This document shows, one piece after another, positions 46,214-55,696 of a DNA stretch of 64,000 nucleotides (the first letter of the stretch is position 1; every line of letters begins with the position of its first letter). The stretch covers positions 3,871 through 67,870 of the forward strand of contig CANPWO010000003.1 of NCBI GenBank assembly GCA_947584535.1, given 5' to 3'. This stretch comes from an uncultured Clostridia bacterium. GTDB lineage: Bacteria > Bacillota > Clostridia > TANB77 > CAG-465. The position numbers were made by a program, and so were the translations under genes. The notes beneath the pieces are model-generated. The model worked only from the letters and a program-made list of their open reading frames with translations. It ran no database searches and was not told where the DNA came from.

Positions 46214-47931
46214 TGGACGAATTTAAAAATAGTATTGCTAGTTCTATTTTTAATGCTATAGATAAAGAAGTAGAGCTTAATGATATTTATGATAAAATAG
46301 AAGTTCCAAAAGATAAGAAGAATGGTGATTTTGCTTATCCATGTTTTAATCTTGCAAAAATATTGAAAAATTCACCTGTTAATATAGCAAATGAAATATG
46401 TAGCAAAATCAAAACAGATAATTTAATAGAAAAAGTTGAAGCTGTAAACGGTTTCCTTAATTTTTATATTAGTAAAGATAATATAATAGAATCAACTTTA
46501 AGTGAAATAGTTATGAAAAAGGAAAATTATGGTAAAGAAACTGGAAGAGAAAATATAAATATAATTGTTGAATATTCCTCTCCAAATATTGCTAAGCCTT
46601 TTCATTTAGGACATTTAAGAAATACTGTATTTGGGAATGCATTATATAGATTATACAAAGCATTAGGGTATAATGTTATTACAATTAATCATTTAGGTGA
46701 CTGGGGTAGACAATTTGGGTTATTAATAGAAGGGTATAATAAATATAAAGAGGAGTATGATATAAAAAATGATCCTTTAAAAGCTTTATCACAAATTTAT
46801 ACTAGAATATCTAAAGAGGCAAAAGATGATGAGCAAATAATGGAAAATGCTAGAAATAATTTTAAAAAATTAGAACAAGGTGATGAGGAACTTCTTAAAT
46901 TATGGAAATATTTTAGAGAAGTATCTTTAAATGAATATAATCGTATATATAATATTCTTAATATCGATTTTTCTTCATATAATGGAGAAGCATTTTATAA
47001 TGATAAAATGAATGAAGTTATTGATATATTAGATAAAAAAGGCGTACTAGTAGATAGTCAAGGTGCTAAAGTAGTTGAGGTAGCTAGTGGGATGCCTCCG
47101 TGTATTATTCTAAAATCAAATGGTTCAACAATTTATGCAACAAGAGATTTAGCAGCTATTCTTTATAGAGCAAGAACATATGATTTTGAAAAATGTATAT
47201 ATGTTACTGCTACTGAGCAAATTCTTCATTTTAAACAAATATTTGAAGTAGCTAAATATTTAGTTGATGAAAAATATCAAAAAGGATTAGTTCATGTTTC
47301 GTACGGAATGATTAGACTTAAGACAGGTAAAATGTCAACAAGAGAAGGAAATATTATATATGTAAAAGATATAATCAATGATGCAATAAATAAAGCAAAA
47401 AAAATCATTGAAGAAAAAAGTGTAAATATTGATGATATAGATAAAGTTTCAAAACAAATTGGAGTAGGAGCATTAGTATTTAATTATCTAAAATCAAGTA
47501 AAAGCAAGGATATAATCTTTGATTTAGATGAAACTTTAAGATTTGATGGTGAAACTGGTCCGTATGTTCAATATACATATGTAAGAATAAACTCTATATT
47601 AAATAAAGCAAAATTTGATATTAACAATATTTCTACTAATGATGTTAATTTTAAAATTCTTGATAAGAAACAAGAGGTAGAACTTGTAAAAGAATTAAGT
47701 AAGTTTAATGATATTATTAATAGTGCTGCAAATGAATATGAGCCATCTACTCTTGCAAGATATTTAGTAAATATTGCAACATTATTTTCTAGATTTTATA
47801 ACGAATGTAATGTTTTAGCAGTTGATGACGAAAAATTAAAATTAGCAAGATGTGTACTTGTTTATGCAACAGGTATTGTTATAAAAAGTGGACTGGATAT
47901 ACTTGGTATTGACTGTCCTGATAAAATGTAA
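46213..47931 (+). CDS. argS: arginyl-tRNA synthetase
   Basis: Class I HLGH motif (PFHLGHLRN), KMSTR (KMSKS-like) and a DALR anticodon-binding domain. The start overlaps the upstream stop. Confidence 0.95.
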   Translation: MDEFKNSIASSIFNAIDKEVELNDIYDKIEVPKDKKNGDFAYPCFNLAKILKNSPVNIANEICSKIKTDNLIEKVEAVNGFLNFYISKDNIIESTLSEIVMKKENYGKETGRENINIIVEYSSPNIAKPFHLGHLRNTVFGNALYRLYKALGYNVITINHLGDWGRQFGLLIEGYNKYKEEYDIKNDPLKALSQIYTRISKEAKDDEQIMENARNNFKKLEQGDEELLKLWKYFREVSLNEYNRIYNILNIDFSSYNGEAFYNDKMNEVIDILDKKGVLVDSQGAKVVEVASGMPPCIILKSNGSTIYATRDLAAILYRARTYDFEKCIYVTATEQILHFKQIFEVAKYLVDEKYQKGLVHVSYGMIRLKTGKMSTREGNIIYVKDIINDAINKAKKIIEEKSVNIDDIDKVSKQIGVGALVFNYLKSSKSKDIIFDLDETLRFDGETGPYVQYTYVRINSILNKAKFDINNISTNDVNFKILDKKQEVELVKELSKFNDIINSAANEYEPSTLARYLVNIATLFSRFYNECNVLAVDDEKLKLARCVLVYATGIVIKSGLDILGIDCPDKM

Positions 47932-47933
47932 AT

Positions 47934-47969
47934 AAATAGTAATCCAAATATTATTTTGGATTACTATTT
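47934..47969. terminator. bidirectional terminator
   Basis: Perfect 15-bp stem AAATAGTAATCCAAA / TTTGGATTACTATTT. Confidence 0.7.
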
Positions 47970-48263
47970 ATTTAATATAAATTGAAATATATATATAACA
48001 GAAATTATATTTATAATTATTAGTATAGGTATACCAACAGTAAACTTTAAGTGTTTTGTCTTGTGTCTAAAGGTATACATTCCTAAATATATTCCAATCC
48101 CTCCAAGAAATAACGCTATGATGAATAATGATTTTTCACTTATTCTATACTTTCCTTTAATAGCAAGTAGTTTGTCATAATACATAATAAAGAAAGCAAT
48201 AATATTAATTAGAATAATATATAATAAGAATATAGCTGTTAAATTCATTGATAAATTTTCCAC
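47964..48263 (-). CDS. DUF1294-domain small membrane protein
   Basis: YRISEKSLFIIALFLGGIGIYLGMYTFRHKTKH matches the DUF1294 signature. Confidence 0.65.
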   Translation of the reverse strand: MENLSMNLTAIFLLYIILINIIAFFIMYYDKLLAIKGKYRISEKSLFIIALFLGGIGIYLGMYTFRHKTKHLKFTVGIPILIIINIISVIYIFQFILNK

Positions 48264-48281
48264 CTCGAAAATATTATATCG

Positions 48282-48911
48282 TTAAATCATTGTATTTGCA
48301 AGTTTTTTTAAGTCGTATGATATAACAAATATAGGCAGTTGATTTTCGTCAAATTCGTCAATTCTTGAAAGTAAAAGCTCAAGCATTCTTTTTTGCTCTA
48401 CAATTTCATTTTCATAAAAAGCTGCAATTTTTATTCTACCTTGTAATACCATTTCAAATTTTCTTTTAAAATTTTTCACCCTGTGCTCAAGTTTAGAATT
48501 AAGTTTGTCATGATAAGGTTTGCATATTTTCACAATATCAAGATAATTTTTCAAAGATATATTTTGAACCATTATACAATATTCTATTGTTGTTTTAAAA
48601 GAATTTTTGTTATAATCATCACTCATGGTACATAAAACATTGTAGAAGTTGCGTATTTCATCTATAGCTGATTTTATTTTTTCATGAAAATTATATTTTT
48701 CTGCAATATCTTTATTTCTTTCATTACACCAATCTTTAACAATTTGAAGAATAACATATGGTGCATCATAAATATTATTTTCTATCATATATAAACAATA
48801 TTCTTTTTGCAAAAGTGGCATATATGAAAAAAATCTTTGACTGCAATAATCACCTGCTGTCATTTTCCGCGTTAAAACCTGTTTTAATCTTTCATCTAAC
48901 ATTAGTTTCAC
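48282..48911 (-). CDS. hypothetical cytoplasmic protein (209 aa)
   Basis: Clean ORF, likely co-transcribed with the DUF1294 gene (18-nt gap). No family recognised. Confidence 0.5.
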   Translation of the reverse strand: MKLMLDERLKQVLTRKMTAGDYCSQRFFSYMPLLQKEYCLYMIENNIYDAPYVILQIVKDWCNERNKDIAEKYNFHEKIKSAIDEIRNFYNVLCTMSDDYNKNSFKTTIEYCIMVQNISLKNYLDIVKICKPYHDKLNSKLEHRVKNFKRKFEMVLQGRIKIAAFYENEIVEQKRMLELLLSRIDEFDENQLPIFVISYDLKKLANTMI

Positions 48912-49022
48912 TTCCTTATTACAAAATTTTTTATAAATATTACCTTTTAGGCTACCTTATTATTATACCATACAGATATGTTTTTGTCAAATTAAAAATG
49001 TAAAATAAAGTGCCTAAATGTA

Positions 49023-49051
49023 TTGACAATACAATTAAAGTAGTATATAAT
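49023..49051 (+). promoter_or_regulatory. sigma-A promoter TTGACA-17-TATAAT (perfect consensus) upstream of rpmF
   Basis: -35 at 49023-49028 and -10 at 49046-49051. Confidence 0.6.
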
Positions 49052-49131
49052 ATATAGGTAACAATTAATGCTAAAGGCTTTTATCTTTATTTATATAATT
49101 GATATATGCTTTTTAAGGAGGGAAAATAGTA

Positions 49132-49329
49132 ATGGCACAACCAAAAAGAAGATGGTCAAAAGAAAGAACACATTTAAGACGTTCTAATTGGAAATTAGAA
49201 GCAAAAAATTTATCTACTTGTCCAAATTGTGGTGAAGTAGTACTTTCACATACAGCATGTCCTTCATGTGGATATTATAACAAAAAGCAAGTAGTTGAAA
49301 TTAAAGAAAAAAAAGAAGCAAATAATTAA
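49132..49329 (+). CDS. rpmF: 50S ribosomal protein L32
   Basis: MAQPKRRWSKERTHLRRSNWKL plus a CPNCG...CPSCG zinc ribbon. GGAGGG SD. Confidence 0.85.
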   Translation: MAQPKRRWSKERTHLRRSNWKLEAKNLSTCPNCGEVVLSHTACPSCGYYNKKQVVEIKEKKEANN

Positions 49330-49370
49330 TGTAATACTCCACATTTGTGGAGTATTTCTCGTAAATAGGG

Positions 49371-50780
49371 GTGATTAAAATAAAAAAAGGATATATATCT
49401 GGTGTAAAAAAAGATAGTATTGCAGAAGAAATAGGAATAAAGAAAGGTGATATACTTCTATCTATTAATGGTGAACCTTTATATGATATTTTAGATTATA
49501 AATTTTATGAAGCTGATAGCTTTATTACACTTGAAATTGAGCATGAAGATGGTAGCTTGGAAATTATAGAAATTGAAAAAGATGAAAGTGAAGAACTAGG
49601 GATTATATTTGAAAATGAATTGATTGATAAACCTCGTAATTGCTATAACAAATGTATATTTTGTTTTATGGAACAATTACCAAAGAATGTTAGAAAAACT
49701 TTGGTGTTTAAAGATGACGATTACAGACTTTCCTTTTTTTCAGGAAATTATATAACACTTACTAATATGAAAGAATTTGATATTGATAGAATTATTAAAT
49801 ATAGAATTTCACCTATAAATATATCTATTCATGCTACTGACGAAAAAGTTAGATGTATGATGTTAAATAATAAAAATGCTGGTAAAGTATTAAATTATTT
49901 AAAAAAACTATATAATGCAAATATTACAATGAATACACAAATAGTTCTTTGTAAAGATATAAATGATAAAGAGATATTAAATAAAACTATTGAAGATTTA
50001 GCTAAATATGCTCCTATTTTAAAAAGTATTTGTATTGTACCTGTTGGACTTACAAGTCAAAGAAAAGGACTATATAAATTAAAATTAAATACAAAACAAG
50101 ACTGTATTAATTTAATTAATCAAGTAAGACCTTACCAAGAAAAGTTTATGAAAAAGTTTAAAACACCTCTTGTATTTTTAGCTGATGAATTTTACTTAAA
50201 AGCAAATAAAGAATTCCCACCATATGAAAGTTATGGTGAATTCGCTCAAATAGAAGATGGTATTGGTATTACGCCTCTTTTTGAACATGATTTTAATAAT
50301 GAGTTAAGAAAATATAGTTTTAATGAAAATATAAAAAAAGATGTTACTATTATTACTGGAAAGATAACAAAAAAATATATGCTAGAAAAAGCTAAACAAA
50401 TAAATAAATTATTTCCAAATATAAATATTAATATAGTTGCTCCAGAGAATAATTATTTTGGAAAAAATATAACAGTTACAGGCCTTATTACTGGAATAGA
50501 TATACTAGATACAATAACTAAATTAAAAGAAAAAAATGTAGATTTAGGAAAATATATAGTTATATCAGATGTAATGCTTAAAGATGATGAAGATATATTC
50601 TTAGATGATATGAGTCTTAAAACACTACAAGAAAAAATAGATATGCCTATTGTTGTTACAGATGGAAGTGCAAAAGTTTTCATTGATTCTATAATAAATT
50701 ACAACAAGAAAAGTAAGATATATAAATATAACTTAGACAGACAAAGAAATAGTTATGAAAATTGTATGAAAAATATATAA
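49371..50780 (+). CDS. PDZ-domain radical SAM protein with C-terminal DUF512
   Basis: N-terminal PDZ-like segment (GIKKGDILLSINGEPL), CYNKCIFC (CxxxCxxC) cluster motif and a long C-terminal domain. The start codon is uncertain: GTG 49371 abuts the SD. Confidence 0.7.
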   Translation: MIKIKKGYISGVKKDSIAEEIGIKKGDILLSINGEPLYDILDYKFYEADSFITLEIEHEDGSLEIIEIEKDESEELGIIFENELIDKPRNCYNKCIFCFMEQLPKNVRKTLVFKDDDYRLSFFSGNYITLTNMKEFDIDRIIKYRISPINISIHATDEKVRCMMLNNKNAGKVLNYLKKLYNANITMNTQIVLCKDINDKEILNKTIEDLAKYAPILKSICIVPVGLTSQRKGLYKLKLNTKQDCINLINQVRPYQEKFMKKFKTPLVFLADEFYLKANKEFPPYESYGEFAQIEDGIGITPLFEHDFNNELRKYSFNENIKKDVTIITGKITKKYMLEKAKQINKLFPNININIVAPENNYFGKNITVTGLITGIDILDTITKLKEKNVDLGKYIVISDVMLKDDEDIFLDDMSLKTLQEKIDMPIVVTDGSAKVFIDSIINYNKKSKIYKYNLDRQRNSYENCMKNI

Positions 50781-50891
50781 CAGCTACATTTTATTATGTA
50801 GTAAAAATGTAATTAATTTTTACTATTTCTATTGATTATTTTTTGTTAAATATGTTATCATATTATTAAATGATAGAGGAGGAATTGGTAT

Positions 50892-51590
50892 ATGGAAAAT
50901 AAAAGAAAGAACATATATATAGTTATATTTGTTATAACTACAATAATTGCGTCATGTGTAGCTGTATATTTTGGAATTATGGGGAAGAAGGAAACAGAAA
51001 AATTACAAGCTAAGGTTGATGAATTAAATTCTGTAAATAGTGATCTTGATAAAAATTCGCAAGTTGTTGAACAACAAGAAAAAGTAGTAGAAAAAGTAGT
51101 TGAAAAGGCTATAATTCCTAAGTTTGATACTAGTAAAATAAAAAATAAACCAGATAATATTACTTATAGTGGTAATGTAATGTACTCACAAGTAATTGAC
51201 GGTTTAAGTATTACAATTAATAATAATGGAAATGTAAATCTTACTACTTTTTATGATGCAACAGACAGTAGAGAAATAAAGGTAAATGGTTTAAATGGAA
51301 AAGTAATTGATGCGTGTCAAGGAACACTTGGTGATGGTGCAAATGATGCAGTTGTGTTTTTAACTGAAAATGGTGATGTTTATTTTGCAGACAATGTTAG
51401 TAATGCTACTAATAGATATCAAGGGACTGGAGTTTTAAATGCAAAAAAAGTTTCAAGTGTATCAAATATATGTAGGGTACTTTGGACTATGTCTACAATG
51501 ACTGATTTGGGAAATAGGTCAAGAGCTACATTCATAGGAATAGACACTAGTGGTAATTGTTATGATTTATGGTATGAATATAGTAAATAG
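50892..51590 (+). CDS. membrane-anchored hypothetical protein, paralog A
   Basis: MENKRKNIYIVIFVITTIIASCVAVYF anchor and a divergent C-terminal domain. Confidence 0.6.
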   Translation: MENKRKNIYIVIFVITTIIASCVAVYFGIMGKKETEKLQAKVDELNSVNSDLDKNSQVVEQQEKVVEKVVEKAIIPKFDTSKIKNKPDNITYSGNVMYSQVIDGLSITINNNGNVNLTTFYDATDSREIKVNGLNGKVIDACQGTLGDGANDAVVFLTENGDVYFADNVSNATNRYQGTGVLNAKKVSSVSNICRVLWTMSTMTDLGNRSRATFIGIDTSGNCYDLWYEYSK

Positions 51591-51625
51591 AATATTTTAA
51601 TATTTAAAGGAGAAAAAATTGGTAT

Positions 51626-52327
51626 ATGGAAAATAAAAGAAAAAATGTATATATAGTTATATTTGTTATAACTACAATAATTGCATCATGTTTAGCTGTA
51701 TATTTTTATATCACAGGTAATAATGAAAATGAGAAACTACAAGCAAAAGTAGAAGAATTAACTTCTAAAAATAGTGATATTAATGATAATGAAGTACAAC
51801 AAAATATAAATAATCAAGAAAATGATTCTGCTAGTGTTGATAGCAACTATTCTACTAATTTTCCTAGTAACTTAGGAGATAATTGCTATATTTCAAAAAG
51901 CATTCCAACTTTAAATCAAGGAATTAAAGTTAAAGTTGAAAATAATAAAGCTTATGTTGCTATATTAGATGATAATATTGGAACAAATAAATATACAAAA
52001 GAAAAAGGAAAATATTATGAAATACAAAATGTAAGTGGAAATGTTGTTGATATAACTGTTTTACTTGTACCAACATCTTCTTATCCTGTATTTGTATTAT
52101 TAATGGAAGATGGGACATTACAAAAAACTAAAATTGATTCTAGTAGCGATATAATATGTGATGGAAAAGTAAATGACTTTGAAAATATAGTAGGAATTGA
52201 AAGTTGTGAAATTGTAAGCACTAATGATTTTGGTGGTAATAAAGTTGATACATATAGTATGGGTGTTGCTACTATTGATAAAAGTGGAAAAACAAAAGTA
52301 ATAAATATAAACGATTTAATAAAGTAA
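51626..52327 (+). CDS. membrane-anchored hypothetical protein, paralog B
   Basis: The first 45 or so residues and the upstream SD/leader are nearly identical to paralog A. The C-terminus is unrelated at the sequence level. Confidence 0.6.
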   Translation: MENKRKNVYIVIFVITTIIASCLAVYFYITGNNENEKLQAKVEELTSKNSDINDNEVQQNINNQENDSASVDSNYSTNFPSNLGDNCYISKSIPTLNQGIKVKVENNKAYVAILDDNIGTNKYTKEKGKYYEIQNVSGNVVDITVLLVPTSSYPVFVLLMEDGTLQKTKIDSSSDIICDGKVNDFENIVGIESCEIVSTNDFGGNKVDTYSMGVATIDKSGKTKVININDLIK

Positions 52328-52335
52328 TAGAAAAG

Positions 52336-52366
52336 GAAGGTACTTAAAAAATACCTTCTATTTTTG
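52336..52366 (+). terminator. rho-independent terminator
   Basis: GAAGGTA / TACCTTC stem plus TATTTTTG. Confidence 0.55.
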
Positions 52367-52437
52367 TTGTATGTTACTTGAAATAATATGTAGAATATAG
52401 TAAAATTATAATATAAAAATTAGGGAGTATTAAATTA

Positions 52438-53733
52438 ATGAAAGTAGCATTTTATACACTAGGCTGTAAAGTTAATAAATATGAAACAGATTTAATGAAG
52501 GAAAAATTTTTAAATAACGGTTATGAAATAGTTGATTTTTCTTCAAAGTCAGATGTTTATGTTATAAACTCTTGTAGTGTAACGAACTTAGCAACAAGAA
52601 AGACAAGGCAAGAACTAAGTAAAGCTAAAAGAAAAGGTGGAATAGTTGTGCTTGCTGGTTGTTATTCACAGGAGATAAAAGACAGAGAAAAAAAGCTTAG
52701 TAATGTAGATATAGTAATCGGTAACGAAGAAAAAAATAATGTAGTTGATATTGTAAATAAATATAGAGATAAATTAAAAAAAGATATTATATATAATATA
52801 TCTGATATATCGAAAATAAAAAGATATGTTCCTAAAAATACATTAAATAAGGCTGTGGACATAAGAGAAAGTGTAAAAATAGAAGATGGTTGTAATAATT
52901 TTTGCTCATATTGTATAATACCATATGTTCGTGGTCGTGTTAGAAGTAGAGATATAAATGAGATAGAGCAAGAAGTAAAAAACTTAGTTAAAAGTGGTGT
53001 AGGAGAAGTTGTACTTGTAGGTATTGAGATTGCATCTTATGGTAAAGATTTAGATGAAGATATTTCCTTAATTGATGTTATAGAAAGGATAAATAAAATA
53101 AAAGGATTAAAAAGGATTAGGCTTAGTTCTATTGAACCAAGAGTTCTTACAGATGATTTTATTACTCGTCTTAGTAAAATAGATAAGATATGCCCACATT
53201 TTCATTTATCTGTACAAAGTCTAGATAATAATGTATTAAAAAGAATGAATAGAAAATATACAAGAGAATTTGTTTTTGATAGAGTTAAGTTATTAAGGAA
53301 ATATTTTAAAGATGTAGCATTAACTTGCGATATTATAGTAGGCTTTCCCGGTGAAACCGAAACTGAGTTTGCAAACACAATAGATGGGGTTAAAAAAATA
53401 AAATTTTACGAAATGCATGTATTTAAATATTCAAAACGTAAATGGACTAAAGCAGCTATTATGGATAATCAAATTGATGGAAATATAGCTATTAAAAGAA
53501 GTGAACAATTGATTAATTTATCTAATAAGTATAAAATGGAATATATGAAAAATTACTTAAATACAAAGCAAGAAGTACTATTTGAACTATATAAAGATGG
53601 ATATCTTTATGGTTATACAAAGAATTATATGAAAGTTAAGGTAAAAGGAGATAAGAAATTATGGGGCTATCAACAAGAGATAGAATTAGTCTCAATAGAA
53701 GGAGATTTAATCTTAGGAAAATTTTGTCAATAA
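52438..53733 (+). CDS. mtaB: tRNA t6A37 methylthiotransferase (MiaB-family radical SAM, YqeV-like)
   Basis: MKVAFYTLGCKVNKYETD N-domain and CNNFCSYC cluster motif. 431 aa. Confidence 0.85.
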   Translation: MKVAFYTLGCKVNKYETDLMKEKFLNNGYEIVDFSSKSDVYVINSCSVTNLATRKTRQELSKAKRKGGIVVLAGCYSQEIKDREKKLSNVDIVIGNEEKNNVVDIVNKYRDKLKKDIIYNISDISKIKRYVPKNTLNKAVDIRESVKIEDGCNNFCSYCIIPYVRGRVRSRDINEIEQEVKNLVKSGVGEVVLVGIEIASYGKDLDEDISLIDVIERINKIKGLKRIRLSSIEPRVLTDDFITRLSKIDKICPHFHLSVQSLDNNVLKRMNRKYTREFVFDRVKLLRKYFKDVALTCDIIVGFPGETETEFANTIDGVKKIKFYEMHVFKYSKRKWTKAAIMDNQIDGNIAIKRSEQLINLSNKYKMEYMKNYLNTKQEVLFELYKDGYLYGYTKNYMKVKVKGDKKLWGYQQEIELVSIEGDLILGKFCQ

Positions 53734-54935
53734 AGAATGCAATTATTCTTTCAGTAATATTAGTTATTGTATTTGTTACTACTTCTGCTATAACTGCTTA
53801 TGCACTCAAAGAAAAAGTAGCTAGTTCAACTGTTGTATATAAAGGTGAAGTTGATAATAAAGAAGTTGAAATAGATAACAAAGAAAGTAATGTTGAAAAT
53901 AATGTAAGTAACGAAGAAAGTATACCTGTAAGTACTACAGAAGATGAGAGTTTAGAAAAAGATATACAAACAGAAAATGTAGTAAAAGAAGAAAATGTTA
54001 ATAGTAATATTTCTTTAACTTTACTTGGAGAAATTATGATGGGTGGAGCTGTATCACAAAATTTAAAATATAATTATTCAGATGCAGTAAGAGATATATA
54101 TAGTTCAACTAGAACAAGTAATTTTACTTATGCTAATTTCTCAACTAATATAACTAATTTAGATAAAATAGAAAATGCTAAAAGTAAATATTTAGTTACA
54201 AAAGAAGCTACAAATATGCTTAATGCTTTAGGTCTTGATGCTGTATCAATAGCTTCTGATCATATAATTGATTATGATAAAGATATTTTAAATAGTACAA
54301 TTAATTTAATTGAAAAAGCAGATATATTTGTTGCAGGTAGAAAAGATATTCCAGTATATTTTGAAAAAGGTAATAAAAAAATAGCTATAGTATCTACCAA
54401 TTCTGTTATTGTTGGAACTTCAAAGAATTATACAAATAATGATATAAGTATCTATTCAAGAGATAATTTAAAGAAGAATATTAAAGAGGCAAAGGAAGTA
54501 GCTGATATTGTTATTGCAGATGTACATTGGGGTAGAGATCATAGTTATGGTGTAACTGAGCAAATGAAACAAATAGCTAAAGGTGCAATAGATGATGGAG
54601 CTGATATGGTAATTGGTTCACATGCTTTAGGTGTTTATCCAATTGTAACTTACAAAGATAAACCTATAATTTATAGTACTGGATATTTAATGACTGATTT
54701 AGATTATAATGTAGCAAAAGAAGGGTTTATATTTAATTTAAATATTGATGCAGATGGAAAAATTACTGAACTTGAAATGGTACCAACATATATAGAAGAT
54801 AAAAAAGCTGTTAAGTTAATGCAAGACTATGATATAAATAAATGTACTTCGTACTTAACTCAGTTTAATAATTGGCACTTAGAAAATGGACTTAATAGCA
54901 AAATAGAAAATAACAAAATTATAATAGATTTCTAA
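53724..54935 (+). CDS. CapA-family (poly-gamma-glutamate synthesis/metallophosphatase-like) membrane-anchored protein
   Basis: AVSIASDHIIDY, ADVHWGRD and GSHALGVYP motifs. The probable TTG start at 53724 overlaps the mtaB stop; the ORF-track 53661 start lies inside mtaB. Confidence 0.7.
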   Translation: MSIKNAIILSVILVIVFVTTSAITAYALKEKVASSTVVYKGEVDNKEVEIDNKESNVENNVSNEESIPVSTTEDESLEKDIQTENVVKEENVNSNISLTLLGEIMMGGAVSQNLKYNYSDAVRDIYSSTRTSNFTYANFSTNITNLDKIENAKSKYLVTKEATNMLNALGLDAVSIASDHIIDYDKDILNSTINLIEKADIFVAGRKDIPVYFEKGNKKIAIVSTNSVIVGTSKNYTNNDISIYSRDNLKKNIKEAKEVADIVIADVHWGRDHSYGVTEQMKQIAKGAIDDGADMVIGSHALGVYPIVTYKDKPIIYSTGYLMTDLDYNVAKEGFIFNLNIDADGKITELEMVPTYIEDKKAVKLMQDYDINKCTSYLTQFNNWHLENGLNSKIENNKIIIDF

Positions 54936-54963
54936 GAAGTAAGGAAATAACTTACTTCTTTTT
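54936..54963 (+). terminator. rho-independent terminator
   Basis: GAAGTAAG / CTTACTTC stem plus a T5 run. Confidence 0.7.
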
Positions 54964-55029
54964 GTTAAATTAAGCATATATTTTATAAATATAAATATAA
55001 TATCAGTAAAAGAAAAGGAGGTAATTATT

Positions 55030-55665
55030 ATAGACAACGAAAAATATCCATTTAAATTAAATGAATTAGATTATCCATATAATTCGCTTGAACCATATAT
55101 AAGTGAAAGTACCATGATGTATCATCACGACAAACATTTAAAAGCTTATATAGATAAATTAAATAAAATACTTTCAGATTATCCAGGTTACCAAAATTTA
55201 TCTTTGAAGGAAATAATAGAAAATCTAAGTAGTTTTCCACAAAATATACGAACTGATCTAAGAAATAATGCTGGTGGAGTATTTAATCATAAGCTATATT
55301 TTGATATAATTAATCCTAAAAAAACGGGGAAAGAACCGATAAATATAACAAATGCTATTATAAAACAATATAAAGATTTTGGTGAATTTGTTAAAATATT
55401 TAAACAACAAGCAAATGAAGTTTTTGGCTCAGGATATCTATTTTTAACAATTAATAAATTTAACGAATTACAATTTGTAATAACTGCAAATCAAAATAGT
55501 GTATTTGAATTAAATTTATATCCAATAATGCTAATTGATTTGTGGGAACACGCATATTATTTAGATTATCAAAATAGAAGAAGCGATTATATTAATAACT
55601 TTGTAAAAATTGTTAATTTAGAAAAAGTAGAAGAAAGATATGTGAATTATTTTAATGATAAATAA
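55030..55665 (+). CDS. Fe/Mn superoxide dismutase with a non-canonical (ATA/ATT) initiation codon
   Basis: The ORF-track start 55114 (MMYHHDKH) truncates the conserved N-terminus. The in-frame upstream sequence ...KYPFKLNELDYPYNSLEPYISEST encodes the canonical SOD N-terminal hairpin and sits 8 nt after a perfect GGAGG, but contains no ATG, GTG or TTG. DLWEHAYY lies near the C-terminus. Confidence 0.75.
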   Translation: MDNEKYPFKLNELDYPYNSLEPYISESTMMYHHDKHLKAYIDKLNKILSDYPGYQNLSLKEIIENLSSFPQNIRTDLRNNAGGVFNHKLYFDIINPKKTGKEPINITNAIIKQYKDFGEFVKIFKQQANEVFGSGYLFLTINKFNELQFVITANQNSVFELNLYPIMLIDLWEHAYYLDYQNRRSDYINNFVKIVNLEKVEERYVNYFNDK

Positions 55666-55693
55666 AATGAACTAGAGTATTTTCTAGTTCATT
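55666..55693. terminator. bidirectional terminator
   Basis: AATGAACTAGA / TCTAGTTCATT stem with A/T-rich flanks on both sides. Confidence 0.7.
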
Positions 55694-55696
55694 TTA

